NCBI GenBank assembly: GCA_964247055.1
Contig: OZ176059.1
Span: 1,240,001-1,304,000, forward strand
Direction: 5' to 3'
DNA length: 64,000 nt
Origin: Paragordius varius
Lineage: Eukaryota; Animalia; Nematomorpha
Shown: positions 1 through 13,118 of the stretch, in pieces
Layout: each line of letters opens with the position of its first letter
Numbering within the stretch: the stretch's first letter is position 1
The notes under the pieces: generated by a model
Told to the model about the DNA's origin: nothing
The model's input: the letters and a program-made list of their open reading frames with translations, nothing else
The model's database searches: none
Made by a program: the position numbers and the translations under genes

Positions 1-2
1 CT

Positions 3-1345
3 CGTCTACCGTATGAAGAACCGACTGAGGAAGTGGAGGAGCAACCCAGGCAAATCAACTTTCTACAACTGACAACTTAAGCGTACAGCGAATGAAAGAA
101 AATACTTTACGGGATGAGTTTTTGATGGCATTAAAATCGGCTCTACATCATAATGATTGGTCAGCTCCAATTCTAAATTCGGTATTGAGTATAAGAAACG
201 AAATGCAAGAATCATATGGTTTGTTGTATTGGGGCGATCGTCTGTTTATACCCAGGGCGTTGCGAAATGAAACGTTAAAATTTTTGCATGTTGGACATTC
301 GGGGGCTAATGTAATGAAAGAGTCTGCCAAGGCTAGGGTTTATTGGCCAGGTATAAACCAAGATATTGAAAATTATGTGAGATCTTGTATGGGGTGTCAG
401 TTAAACCGGAGTAACATAAAAAGTAATCCAACGTACAAATGGAATTTTAATACGGGTATCTGGGAAAGGATACATCTTGATATTGCCGGTCCTATAGATG
501 GGTTGTATTGGTTAGTAGCTATCGATAGTAGCTCCAGATGAGTTGAAGTCGAATTGCTAAGAACTGTTAATTCTGCAAACATACTACATTGGTTGGAAAT
601 TTGGTGTGTAAGGTACGGGTTTCCCCGAATGATCGTTACCGATAATGCAACATATTTTGCATCGAAAGATTTTAATGAGACCTTGCAACGAGCAAACATC
701 AAACACGTCACTAGCGCCCCCTATCATCCACGAACAAATGGGCTGGTGGAACGAGTCATTTACACCTTAAAAGCACACTATAAATCGTTAACGGATTCTA
801 AGCTGACTCCTGACAAAAAAATAAACCAAGTATTATGGGGTTATCGCTCCGCCGTACATAGCGCCACAAAAGAGTGCCCGTATAATTTATTTCTGAAAAG
901 ACCAATTAATACCCCCTTCTCTTGGGTTAGGGAAACACCCGCACAACAATTAGAGGACGACATAATTCCTAATCAAACTTTTAGACCGGACGAAGAAGTG
1001 TACATAAAGAATGAAATCAATTCAGGGTGGAGAAAAGGTATAATTTTGGAGAGAACAGGGGTACTCTCGTACACGGTTAAAGATGGAAATCGAACACTTC
1101 GCAAGCATGCGGATCAATTACGGCCGACCGGAGTCGAGAACGGCGTTGAGGAGGAGGATAATGTAACGATAAACCAAACAGATGAAGAGATGACAACCAA
1201 TAATCGGGAGGTGGGGGAGGAACCAAGCAAAAACGAGAAAGACACCCAGGTTGAAATAAGAACGGAAAAAACAACTGAGAAAGAACCTGAAAGGAGATAT
1301 CCTCTTAGGGAAAGAAAAGCACCAGATCGGCTCGGATTTGGATAA
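3..1345 (+). pseudogene. Disrupted retrotransposon pol (integrase) reading frame
   Basis: Frame 3 begins (S)RLP, the ADALSRLP RNase H end, and stops at 78-80; homology resumes in frame 2 (frameshift ~60-80). HHCC zinc knuckle LHVGH...CMGC. Core HLDIAGP...TDNATYF...HPRTNGLVER. ORFs 92-541 and 554-1345 are one frame split by TGA 539-541 at the conserved Trp (DSSSR*VEV vs DAYSKWPEV). Confidence 0.9.
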
Positions 1346-1352
1346 GGAGATA

Positions 1353-1614
1353 TGATAGATTAGAATACATCAAGTTAGTTAACCTTAGACAAGACCAATT
1401 TATATATTAGATTTGAATACATTTTGATGACCTTTTATATATGAGTTAAACGATTGTATCAATTTTGTATTTAACCTTCACAAGTTATTTTACCTTGGCT
1501 TAACATGTAAATATTGTATTCACAAAAAGTATATATACATCGCAAACTGTATGTAGTTTAGTTTTTGCATTTTATCTCAATAAATCTTATTGTACGGTTT
1601 CTTGATTTACTACA
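1353..1614 (+). repeat. Putative 3' LTR (~262 bp)
   Basis: Starts TG just after the polypurine tract, has AATAAA at 1579-1584 and ends ...ACTACA at 1614. The 5' LTR is outside the window, so the boundaries cannot be confirmed. Confidence 0.5.
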
Positions 1615-2335
1615 ACCTGGAAAGAAGATATCCTTTGCGCAAGCTTCAATCCCCCGATGAGGGGAAAGTAATGTAAGACGAAAAAATTGTAGATTCATCC
1701 AACATGATACACATGCATTTTTTAGAGATATGTTGGACACACAAAGATAGATCATGCAAATAAGATTTCATACTGATTTGGTTTTCATGTTTTACTTTTT
1801 TATTTCTTTTTGCATACGCATGATGGTTATAACCTGTATTGTAGAATCTAATTTTTGCGCTTAATGATGTATTCGTCCTTTAAGGCTATTTATAAAAACA
1901 GTATGCCCATTTATGCTGGCCTATTCAAATTATTGTGGGTTAATTGGCAACACAGCAGTGTATGGGCAATAACAACAAAATGCTGATAATCATTTTTTAC
2001 CTATCTTACAACATTAATTTTATATTTAAATATGGACAAAATTTGTTTTAGAATATATGCAACCGTGTTACCAATTGATCAACGATAATAATGTGAATAA
2101 GCCAATATAAATGTGCTTAATGTAAATAACTTAAAATTCGAATCCTATTTTTTATATATAAAAAGAACATGGTAAACTACTCTTTGTAATTTAGATTTTA
2201 CTTCCAATAAAAATGTTAAATGCCAAAGATATAAGTAAATTTAAACCGGCTTTACATAATTTTGAATTTTAGCAAGTAACCAGTTGTTATATTATTGACA
2301 ATACTTATATAAACATTGACAAAGTTTAAATTTAT

Positions 2336-2377
<42 letters not shown>

Positions 2378-4744
2378 TTCTTAATATGTGAATAGCTAAA
2401 AGATATATTATTTGTAAAGAATTTGATTTTTACTTATTATTAGTGTATTAAAATATATCTTGTAATTATAAAAAATATTTTTTATGCATATTTTAGGGTG
2501 ACAGGAAATGGTATTTTAGGTAAAACAAAATATTTTACATAAATAGTCCTATTTATTTTATGATAATTATCATTATACATTATATGAGAATTTTGAGTTT
2601 TTTGCCTTAATATATACACACGTATTATAAAAATTGACTTAATATGAAAGAGACAAAAAGACACCTCTACTTTTTCTACGCGACAAATATTTAGTTGTTT
2701 GTTTCAACAAAATTTTTATACAAACTCGTAAATACAATTATATAAAATTTAAAAAAAGATAAAAAATGAAGTCTTTGCAAACTAAAATCATGATTAGGGT
2801 ATATATTATTATATGTTTGATTCCTAGTTCAATTAATTAATTTACAAGATATAAATAGATTTTAATAAATAATTCAAATAATATATGTGTTTCATATGTG
2901 AAATTTAATCTGAATGACATTTAAATGTTTTTATTTGCACTTAACAACTAAAATCCCCTTATATTGAAACAATAGTTATTCTGCATAATTATTAATGCAT
3001 TAATTAATAGTTTAAATTGGATTAATTACTGAATTTTACCTGCTGTGTGCAAAGTCACTTAAATTTGTGTCACTTCACTCTTATATTAATAAATTATAAA
3101 ATCCATAAATAAGTTATAAAGAGAATTTACACAAATATAAAGGTTTACGGAAAAATGGATTAATTGATTATCAAAATCTTAGTTTTTATATCATTATATT
3201 ATCCAATTAAGGTACCAATCACATTTTGAATAATTGAAATATATGTAGATATATAATATACCTCTTTTGCATATTTGCCCCATTAATACAGATGTTTTGC
3301 GAGATTTCGTTGTTTTAGATTAAAATATAACTTACAAGTTGCTCTGCATGGTGCCAATACGCTTTTATATTACAACTTTTTTAACTTGTCCCTTGATTTT
3401 TGACATAAGAAACATCTTGTATCTAAAAAATTAGGTTGTGGTATTTGAAAGGCGATTTACAAAGAATTTCAAAATAATAGCTTTTATAAATATTGACACA
3501 ACGGTTGAATCATCTGCCTAAGTGTTGCAAAATGGTCTGAAAAACACGTGATATTTAATATTTTTGGCAGACGGTACTAGGAATTTTTATTAAAGAGACC
3601 CAAGAAGTTAATAATAAATAATAGAAATCAAAAGTTTTTATCAAATTGTAATAGTCCTTTCACAGGTTATCTTATTTTATTTTACATTATTTAGATATGA
3701 TAATATTCAATGATGAACACTTTTTGCTTTATTCTTTTATGTCTGTAATTTTTTCATCTTACCTGTTTTATGATATTGTCAACAAATTTGTTGGTGGTAA
3801 TGTAAGATGCTAAAATTTGACAAATTTTTCGGTTCATTTAACACGGGCAAAATATCACAACCTAATACGTAATGTCTATAATGTATATACATATTCTAAA
3901 AATGATTTAGATGTATAAAAATTTCATAAAGGTATTATAATAATTTATGCATTTGCTTATTTATCTCTCCAGCAACTAGTAATAAACGTTTTGGGTAAGA
4001 AATTAAGCTACAAATGGTATAGACAACCCAAACATATTTGTCACAAAAATGTATAATTTTTTATTTATCCATGTGTTAATGAAAAATTATAGGATATAAG
4101 AAAATGTATTAAATTGTATTTAATTTAAGTTAAAAAAACATTTTAATAACAGGTTTGTATGGTTCATTACAATTTAAAACATAAATGTCCTTTTAATTTA
4201 TATAAAGTTGAGCAATTGATAATGTCAAAAAATTAACTTTAATAAATTTTTATATACGTTTTATTTAGCGCCAATATATTCTATAGATAGTAATCTATCA
4301 ATGTAATTAGTTTATTCACTTTTTAGGATGCAAATTATTTAGGGGATTTATGCAATAAATATGTACAATCATTTTCCCACATTAAGAATAATATATAAAG
4401 TATAACTGACTCCCTGCAGTCTCTGTGCAATTATTTATTGAGTAAAAAAGTTTCCTTTTGTTAATTAATTTTTTCCAGGTGGGGCTGATTAAAAGTCCAT
4501 TTTTCTTTTTGTTCAACTTATGTACGTTTTAATTTCTGTTAAATGCAACGGAAAATCAATTATTATTGAATAATAATAAATATTAATTTATTACACATTT
4601 TCACATCTATTTTTTAATTTTAAATAATATTATCAATGATCAACAATGATTATAATATATAAATTAATAAATTTAACAACAATATAACAATAGGTTAATA
4701 TCTATACAAGTTTCATTGCAAACATTTAAATTGATCCTAGGTTG

Positions 4745-7700
4745 CTAGGTATAAACATGGGGTATGATGGGATAGGAATAATTTATTGTGTTATCGGTAT
4801 TTCTGTTAGGGTCACCATATAAATCCTTACTTATAACATTATTATTTTTATTATTAAAAATATTATTTACTGCACCTATAGATTGATCTGGATAGGGATT
4901 AAATGGATTGGATGAGTTTGGAATATTGCAATTATTATTATTATAATGATAATCACAATTTTGGCCATTAACCCATTTAGAACCGAATAAGGATGGATTG
5001 GACAGATTTGTAATACTACCAACCGAATCTCCGTAATTCTCTCCAAACGATAGCGATAATGATAATGCCTTTGTCGTTGATGACGAGTTATGAGTAGTTG
5101 AGTAATTTGAGTTAGTATTGCACGATTTTGCCAAAGACTTGTTTATTGAATTATTTGGTAAAAGATCATGTGGCGTACCTAAATAATTTTTCTTTGGCCC
5201 ATATAAGTGAGATGATATATTTTGGTTTTCGAGGAGATTTATTGTTGCTGGTGTTGAATAGGGTGGGAAAAAAGAATAAAACTTATCATCACCCGCATCA
5301 TATCGTTTGTCGTGTGTTTGAGTTATTGGAACATTTGACGAAAGATGATCAATAGCGTATGACGGTTTAAAAGTAGAACCATTACTCCAGACTGACTTTA
5401 TATTGCTGTTTGAAGGGAACTGAAAATGGCTATTGCATTTATTTAATGCATAGGGATTATTATATGCTTTGGGAGAGTTTACATCATTATTATTGAACCA
5501 TTTGAGGTGTGGAAATGTGAATTCACTTTCTTTTATCAAATGATCCCCGTAATTATAGTACTTATTATTGGGTAAATTCCATTTCTTTTCTGTATTCTCA
5601 TTGGTAGTGGCATTTAATGGATAATAATTATTATAAACATGATTATTATATTCACTATTATTATGGATCAAGTTTGGGACAGGTTGCGATCCATAGACAT
5701 TTTCCAAAGCCAATGTATTGTTTTGAATATTAATATTTATGGTGGGTGATTGGAGATTAAGCATTTGTGTGATATGGTATAAAGATGCGGTTGCGCTATT
5801 TAAAGACATAATTTTCTCATTATTAATATCATTATTATGGATATTTGGTAATTGCCGTGGAGTATGGACCAAATCATTCGATAATTTTAGATTTCCCTCA
5901 TTTGTATTATTAACTATATAATTTCTTTGTAATTTCATATATGGGTTGTATGGATAAGATTCTCTCGTTCTGGATTCATTGTTGTTGTTTGCAATAGTCA
6001 GGGCTTGATTAGATGCAATCATTGATGAGTTTGACCAAGTACCACAGTTATCCCAATAATTTGTAACTTCTTTTGACGATGTATAGGCATTTGTGGGGGA
6101 GTAATTAGTTTTATAAATATCGCCAATAGATGAAAGCGATTCCGTATTTTCACCATTTTTATACAGAGTGTTGGATTCGGTCCTAACACCACAATTTAAT
6201 TGAGTGGATGAAATTTGTGTTTTTGTTGTATTCAAATACCTGGCATCATCCATCCAGAAAGATGTGTCTGAATTGGAGTAAGTCGTTGCAGGCAATGACA
6301 TTTGTAAAATTTGATTATTTTCGGTATTGAGGGCAGTAGTATCGTTAACATTAGAGGTACCATGTATATCAATATTCATAGTATCATCTGTCATGCTCCC
6401 GTGGAGCCTCAAATGTTTACGCAAACTACTGGGGTGTGTATAAGTTTTTTCACATCCCACAACGGTACATATGTATGGTTTATCGCTTGTGTGAACATGC
6501 GAATGTTTTTTCCTATCCGAACTGTTTGCAAAACGTCGATCGCACCCCATGAATTCACAATGAAATGGTTTTTCACCTAAAAACGTTAAACATATATAAT
6601 AATGCATAAGTCAATTTTCTAAGACAAAATTCAAAATTGTCAGTCGGTTATTTTTGACATTTTTTATGACGACAAAATTCATTAGGATAAGGTTTTAAAT
6701 ACTACAATATTTCCTTGTTTTTTCTTTTGTTAATCAAAACCAATCTATTCATTATTTAGTAATTCTATCATACTATGATAATTTAAAACTTCAAAAACAC
6801 TAAAACCAGAAAAAAATATTTGATTAGCCATTAACCTGTATGTGTCCGTTTATGTATTTTCAAATTTTCGCTCCGTGCAAATCGTTTTCCACAGTAGGTG
6901 AAGGGACACATGAAAGGTTTTTCCCCCGTATGGACCCGGATATGATTAACTAGTTTATATTTTGCTTTAAAGGCCCGTCCCCTCCGACTACAATCTTTCC
7001 AATAACACCTATGTCTTTTGGCTGCCCCTACCCCCGATCCATTAACATTAGAATAATTTCCAATTATTTCACAGTTTTCAGTGATTTCGTTTCCCGAGCT
7101 CTCTTGGCCACCACATTTCTCACTTGGCATGTAATCACCATCCTTGTCGGAATTAGAATGGCTTGATGCATACGAAATTATAGCACCGCCGTCATTTGTA
7201 ACACATTGGGCTAAATGATCACACGCTATGTGATTCACGATATCATTAACATTGTAAAATTGTTTGTAGCAAAACATATACCTATATTTTGACGGTACAT
7301 GTCCCTCTGTAATATCATTAGCATCCCTAAAATGTATGGATGTATTTGGATAAGTAAAATTGTCGATTGTCGCATACATTTTGGTATTTTCAGGCCCTAT
7401 TTCATTTCTCTTGGATTCATTATTACCATTACAATTGTTATTAATGCCATCTGAAGCTGTAAAATATTCAATTAAATTGGTACATGGTTGATAGGTAGAT
7501 TCCTGTTTATTCCAAATTAGGAGTTGAGTTAACCACATACACATACGTGGTATTTCACTTGATTCAGTTACTTGCGCAGTCTCTGTATAATCCGTTATAA
7601 CGGTTGATTTCTCTTTCACAGTATTTGACTGTGATCCATTGTAACTTTCGTTAGGTCCATAATATAGCGAGGATGTTGGGCAATTAGCTGATAAATTATC

Positions 7701-8330
7701 ATTGCATTGAACATTGTAATATGAATTATTGGAAATGGAATAAGCATTTATATCATTTAGAAGATTTTGGCTTTTGCTTGCGTTTTCACTTTCTGTAAAA
7801 GAGGTTTGTTGACTCAAATAAATCGATCCTTCCTCATTAGGGTTCAACATTTGAGGGAAAAAATTTTCTTTGATCATATTTGATTGGGTTGTTTGTAATG
7901 TTTTTACTTTCTTTGTCTTTTCATACTTTTCGTTGTGCGGTACGTAATTATTGGAATTTCTTTTTCGGCGTCTTTTAACCGTAGAATTTGGGCATATATT
8001 TGTATTACTATCCGTGCAACTGTTAAAATCTACATCAGTATTTGATAGCTGAATTGTATCAGAATATTTATTATTATTATTATTGTTATTATTGCAATTA
8101 TTGATATTATAAGGATGGTTAGTATTAGCTAATATATTTAAGTTATAATCATAGTTTTCGCAAGGGATTGAGTTAATATACATATGAGAGTTTTTCATAT
8201 TTTGCGCTATATCAGAATTATGACACTCTTCATCTTTATCATATAATGATATTTGGTTTGGTAATTCGTTTTCTACTCTCGTATGACTATGTTGACCGAT
8301 ATATTTCATTGAAGTTTGAAGGGTTGTCAT
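4745..8330 (-). CDS. Zic: Zic/odd-paired family C2H2 zinc-finger transcription factor, ~1108 aa; exons 8330-6836 and 6576-4745
   Basis: Diagnostic fingers [65 protein letters not shown] 259-bp phase-1 GT-AG intron (6835-6577) splits HTG|EKP between ZF3 and ZF4, the conserved bilaterian Zic intron position. Confidence 0.96.
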
Positions 8331-9466
8331 TGTATTAATGGAAAAAAAATTATTTAGTTGACATTTAATTTAAATAAGATATCTTTATAATAATTTTATT
8401 AATTAAAAAGTTTTGAACTAAGTTAGTTGAATTATAGGGGAATTGAAAGAAAGTATTAAATTGAAAAAAAATCTGTATAAAACGGCATTCCATTTTTAGT
8501 GATTTTGCAGCGAAATTGGGTGATTGACACATGTAATTTTGTTTAAGAAGCCAATTCAATTCAATACAGAACCGCATTTAAATACTAATTAAAGTAAAAT
8601 TTATAATTATTACATAATAATAAATACATATGAAGGCATAATAATGATATGCATAAAGTATATCATAAATGATTGACGTTTTTTTCTGCCATATAAAATA
8701 ATTTTTAAGTTGAAATGATATTGTTGCAAATAATGGATTAATTATTATTAATTAAGATTGAATTATGCAAAGCACTATTAAAAACTTAGAGTCCTATTTA
8801 AATTAATGTGAAATTCCGTTTAACTTTATCTCAAATACTATATATGTAAATTTCCTATAAAATATAATATTGTATAATATTTTTTACCGTATATTTTAAT
8901 TTTTTTGTATCTTCACAAATTTTTCAGTTTAAGACAAAAGGTATATGATGTAGTTGTGATTTGATAAATCTTTTTACGATTTGTGTCTTAAGTAATTAAA
9001 ACCGCAGATTCAGCCGTTTATATTAAATTTAATTTTTTGATATCATTCTTAATTTGTTACAAAGTTAATTTTAAAATATTGGTTTTAAGATATATGTGAA
9101 GGATAATTTTAATTTTCAGATTTTTCTAAGAAAAGTAGCACATAATAAATATTTGTGCCTTATAGAAATATTTATATTTAAGTGGCTAATATTCACATAT
9201 TATAATTAGGATAATATAATTTAAGAATTAACAGCTGAGCAAAAAACGGTTTGGCTCCAATTCCTAAACTTTTATTTGTATAAATTTATGTTTTTATTAA
9301 ATTTAATGGTGATCATATGTGCAAAACTTACCTTGCTAATTGATTTACATAAAAAACTAAACCATCTACAAAAGTGTGGTATTTCAATTTTTATCTTGCA
9401 AAAGTGAAGTAGTTGAAAATATATATTTCTAATAAATTTGATATTTTAACAAATATGTAAAGATAG

Positions 9467-9895
9467 CAAGGGTTTTCCAACATGCGGTCGTTCGGGACAT
9501 CATGTGCGGCCTGCGAAAAATTTTGATATCCATATATGCTCGAAAAATCTCAGCAAAATTGATGATTATAAAATAAATTTTTTAATTAGTACATGCAAAT
9601 GGCAACGAAAAGGAAAAAAAATGTTACAATATGTTTAAAATCCCTAGAAGTCAACCCTCACTCCGGACGCAACTAAACTGTCTTTGAACCACCATTATAT
9701 TGACTGTTGTATGAAAGGTAGTAAGGGACGTCTTTTGTGGACAGTGGCGACGTGGGTCTGCTACACCCTTTACCTTGATACACCTTGATCTAATATAATA
9801 TATATTAAAGGCCATACATAGCTCAAATGCGGACCGCTGGTTCTTGTGAATTGAAAATGCGGTTCGCGAAGCCATTTGTGTTGGACAACCACCTG
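9467..9895. mobile_element. hAT-like MITE family D
   Basis: Termini CAAGGGTTTTCCAAC ... GTTGGACAACCACCTG with subterminal GCGGCC(T/C)GCG. No clear TSD. Confidence 0.6.
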
Positions 9896-12800
9896 TTTTT
9901 TAGGTCTATATAAATATACCCTTTACTCTTGGTACTGCATTGTTATTCACTACATAAATTTGGTTTTTTAATTTTTTAGATAAATAGAGGTAAACTATTA
10001 TAAGTAAATTAGTATCACGAATTACACTTAATAACTACAGTATATGTTTTACCTTTTAAAAATTAATTTTTTAACCTATGTTAAATATCAAACTATTGAA
10101 TCTCTTAAAACGGACATCTGGCCTAACATTAGTTATTACGTTTAAGATATAGCTAAATTTCTTGACTTAACTAATTTTTATGACCATTATCTGGTGTCTA
10201 TATAATGATAAATATAAAATTTTGAGTCATTTTAAATTTAAAAAAAGATAATTTTTAAAGGAAAAACCAAGCAATTATGTTTACACTATTTATAGCATAT
10301 CGCGTAAAAACAACTATTCATAAGTATCTTTAATTGAACATCACAATTAAATAAAAAATTACAGCTTTGTTTTAATCAATTCATATATAGCATACAAACA
10401 ATGCTTGATTAAATATTTATATTTTTTGCTAGCAAACTGCATCAATAACCTCATGATTTTTTAGGTTTTGAAACTCTAGTATAAGAAAGTTATTTGGACT
10501 TTTGTAATAATTGGTCCATATGGAAAAATCGCAATATTAGCGCACATTAACCTGAATAAAATTTTTTGATTAGAGCAAGATGCCTAAATTTCATCAAGAT
10601 ATTCATAAACTATATTAATATAGAACATATGTTAAATTTAAAACTTTAGAGTCTAGACATACGCTCTAAACGTCGCAAATTTTTGGAAAAACTCTAAAAT
10701 AAGCTAGTTTTCCTAAAAAAACACGCAAAAATATCGAGATTGCACGATAAGATTCATTATTATATGCCAGATTTAAAGAATTTTCTAAAAAAGCATACTG
10801 TAAAAGTTATTTTGCAAAATATTGTTGAAGCCTATATCATGGCGTTATGAAGCATGAAATTTTTTAAAGCCGTTTAAGTATAAAAATATTTTTTATATAT
10901 ATTGATTGTGCTCATTCTCTCAGCTCAGAATTTTTATTAAAAAAATTTGTTCGCCTTTAAATTAAAGCATCATGACTTTTTGGGGTACTGTTATACCTTA
11001 GGGTCATTTTAAATTAAATTAAATTAAAATAATATTTTATCATTGGATTAAATGTAAAAACATGGTCTCTTTAACCTTTAAGGCACATGGTGCAAAATAT
11101 CTCTTCAAACTTTTTCGCCGCCATTTTTTATAATTTTTTAAAATCGCATGGCTAGAAAATTAAATAGTTAACTTTAGAAAGCTATCAGGATATATTTTAC
11201 CAGCAAACACCTAAAATTTATTAATTTATACATATGTTTTGTTTGGGAGCTGTCCCATTTTTAACATTTCATGACCTTTGGGCCAATTTCACGTCCCCGG
11301 GTGTATAAAAATTTGAATATCTTAAAAAATATTTAAGGTATTTGGCCGAATTTTAAAATACGTTTTCCTTAGTTGGTGTAATATAAAAAAATAAAAAACT
11401 TAAAATTTTAAGAATTTTTGTACCGCAAAATTATGGTTATAAACTGTAAATATTATTTTCGTAAGTTTTCAGCTTGCATTTTAACAGCAAAAAATTAATA
11501 TTTAAAATCAGTTTGTTAAGTTTAATCGTGTTTTGGAGCTGTCCCAAAACGTCACGAAACTGTAAAAAATAACTATCTTTTAAACAAAAGAATAATGTCT
11601 GATAATTAATTCTAACTATAGCTTTCAAATATGGGATTGAGCTCTGGGATATAAACCACCCCAATCTATCATGACGAACAAAAACATGAAAAGATCATCA
11701 AGTGTTAAACTCTAAAAGTTAACCAAATGTTAAACTTTCAAGTTTTTATACACGAAAAAAAGGTTTAATTCAAATTTTCAATTTAAAACATTAGTTTGTT
11801 TATCAATTTAAGCTCTGGGGCAGAGACCTACGCCAAAACAACGCGGACAAAAATATAAATGCAAAGTGTTAAGATTAATTAAAATTGTATTTTTTATGAT
11901 ATTTAACCAAAAGAAAATAACTTTTAAACCAACATTCTAAAGTGATACAAATGCTATGCATTATCAAATTAAATAGCAAAGTTTTATAATCTCTTAAAGC
12001 GTTATTATTCGATATCACCATGCTTTGAAATACCAGAATTATATTTCAAAATTTTGTCAAAATTTTTCATGCGTTCTTAAAAAAACTTTCTTTTTTTGAT
12101 ACAAAACCTAGCATCTTTTATGGCCCAATCTCGGCCTTTTTGGGTTTATTTTGTGGGAATCTAGCCCATTTAATAAAGGTCCATGTTGCATATTTTGGCC
12201 ACAGGACAGGGAATTTCGTAAATAAAGGCTATATTTTATAAATAAAGCATTTGGCTTTTGCCAAAAAATTAAATTGATATGCCAAAACTGCAAATATTTA
12301 TCACTTGTAAAGCCCAAAACTAATGTGACCATATAGTTTGAATTATGGCGCAGTAAAAAATTAAATAGTTTGTTAATTTTCAAACCAGATTTCTGCTGCA
12401 GTATATCAGATCATATTTTGATAAGCTTATTAGAAACAATAAAAGTATTTAACATATATAAAACTGAAACAAATGTAAAAAACATGAGAACTTAAAAATT
12501 TGATCAAATTTTTGTTAAATTTCCTTAATTGTGGTTATATTTTAAATTTTGATACGTCTTTTGCGCAAACCGCTAAATGGCCATTAGCCAAATCTTGTGG
12601 TCAGATCTGAAATTTATAGTTCCGCTATTGTGCAAATTCTGCATTCATAAGCACTTTGACTGGTCCAAAACCCAATTCCATGTATAATTCAAGCAAAAAA
12701 TAAAATATTAATAGCCCAATCGTAGTATTAATGAAAAACGAACCATATATTTTTTATTAATAGTGGTTATTATAACAGAAAGTACTCTATCAAATTCTAC

Positions 12801-13066
12801 AATGATTTTTTTGTATAAATAGAAGATAAATGATATAAGGATTTAAAAAAAATAAAAAAATAATATCAAAAGCATTACAAAAGTCAGGTAGTACAGGCGC
12901 ATTTTTTTCGAAAACCAAGGACTGAACTAAATAAACAGCCTATCTGATCACATTACCCAAAACCAAAATCACCATATTAATATTGATGCATTTATCTCTC
13001 AGAATATTTACATTATATATATAAATATATATCAGAAGAATATTTTTTATAGGTTTCGATTTTGAG

Positions 13067-13113
<47 letters not shown>

Positions 13114-13118
<5 letters not shown>

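Larger units (their letters stand above)
1..1614 (+). mobile_element. 3' portion of a degenerate Ty3/gypsy LTR retrotransposon (RNase H end, integrase, PPT, putative 3' LTR); continues beyond the window's left edge
   Basis: The pol domain order RNase H then integrase is gypsy-type. A purine-rich tract AAGGAGA (1344-1350) follows the pol stop, then a TG...CA segment containing AATAAA. Confidence 0.85.

Noticed and set aside
539-541. In-frame TGA at a conserved Trp, suggesting UGA=Trp or readthrough
   Set aside because: All other Trp codons checked in the host genes are TGG, and the same element also has a frameshift. Simple TGG>TGA decay explains it.
5128-6580. Plus-strand ORFs 5128, 5739 and 6311, and ORFs 14804, 15422, 16060, 18353 and 41408 overlapping real exons
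   Set aside because: They are antisense or alternate-frame shadows of the Zic, DNAJA3 and ATAD3 coding exons.
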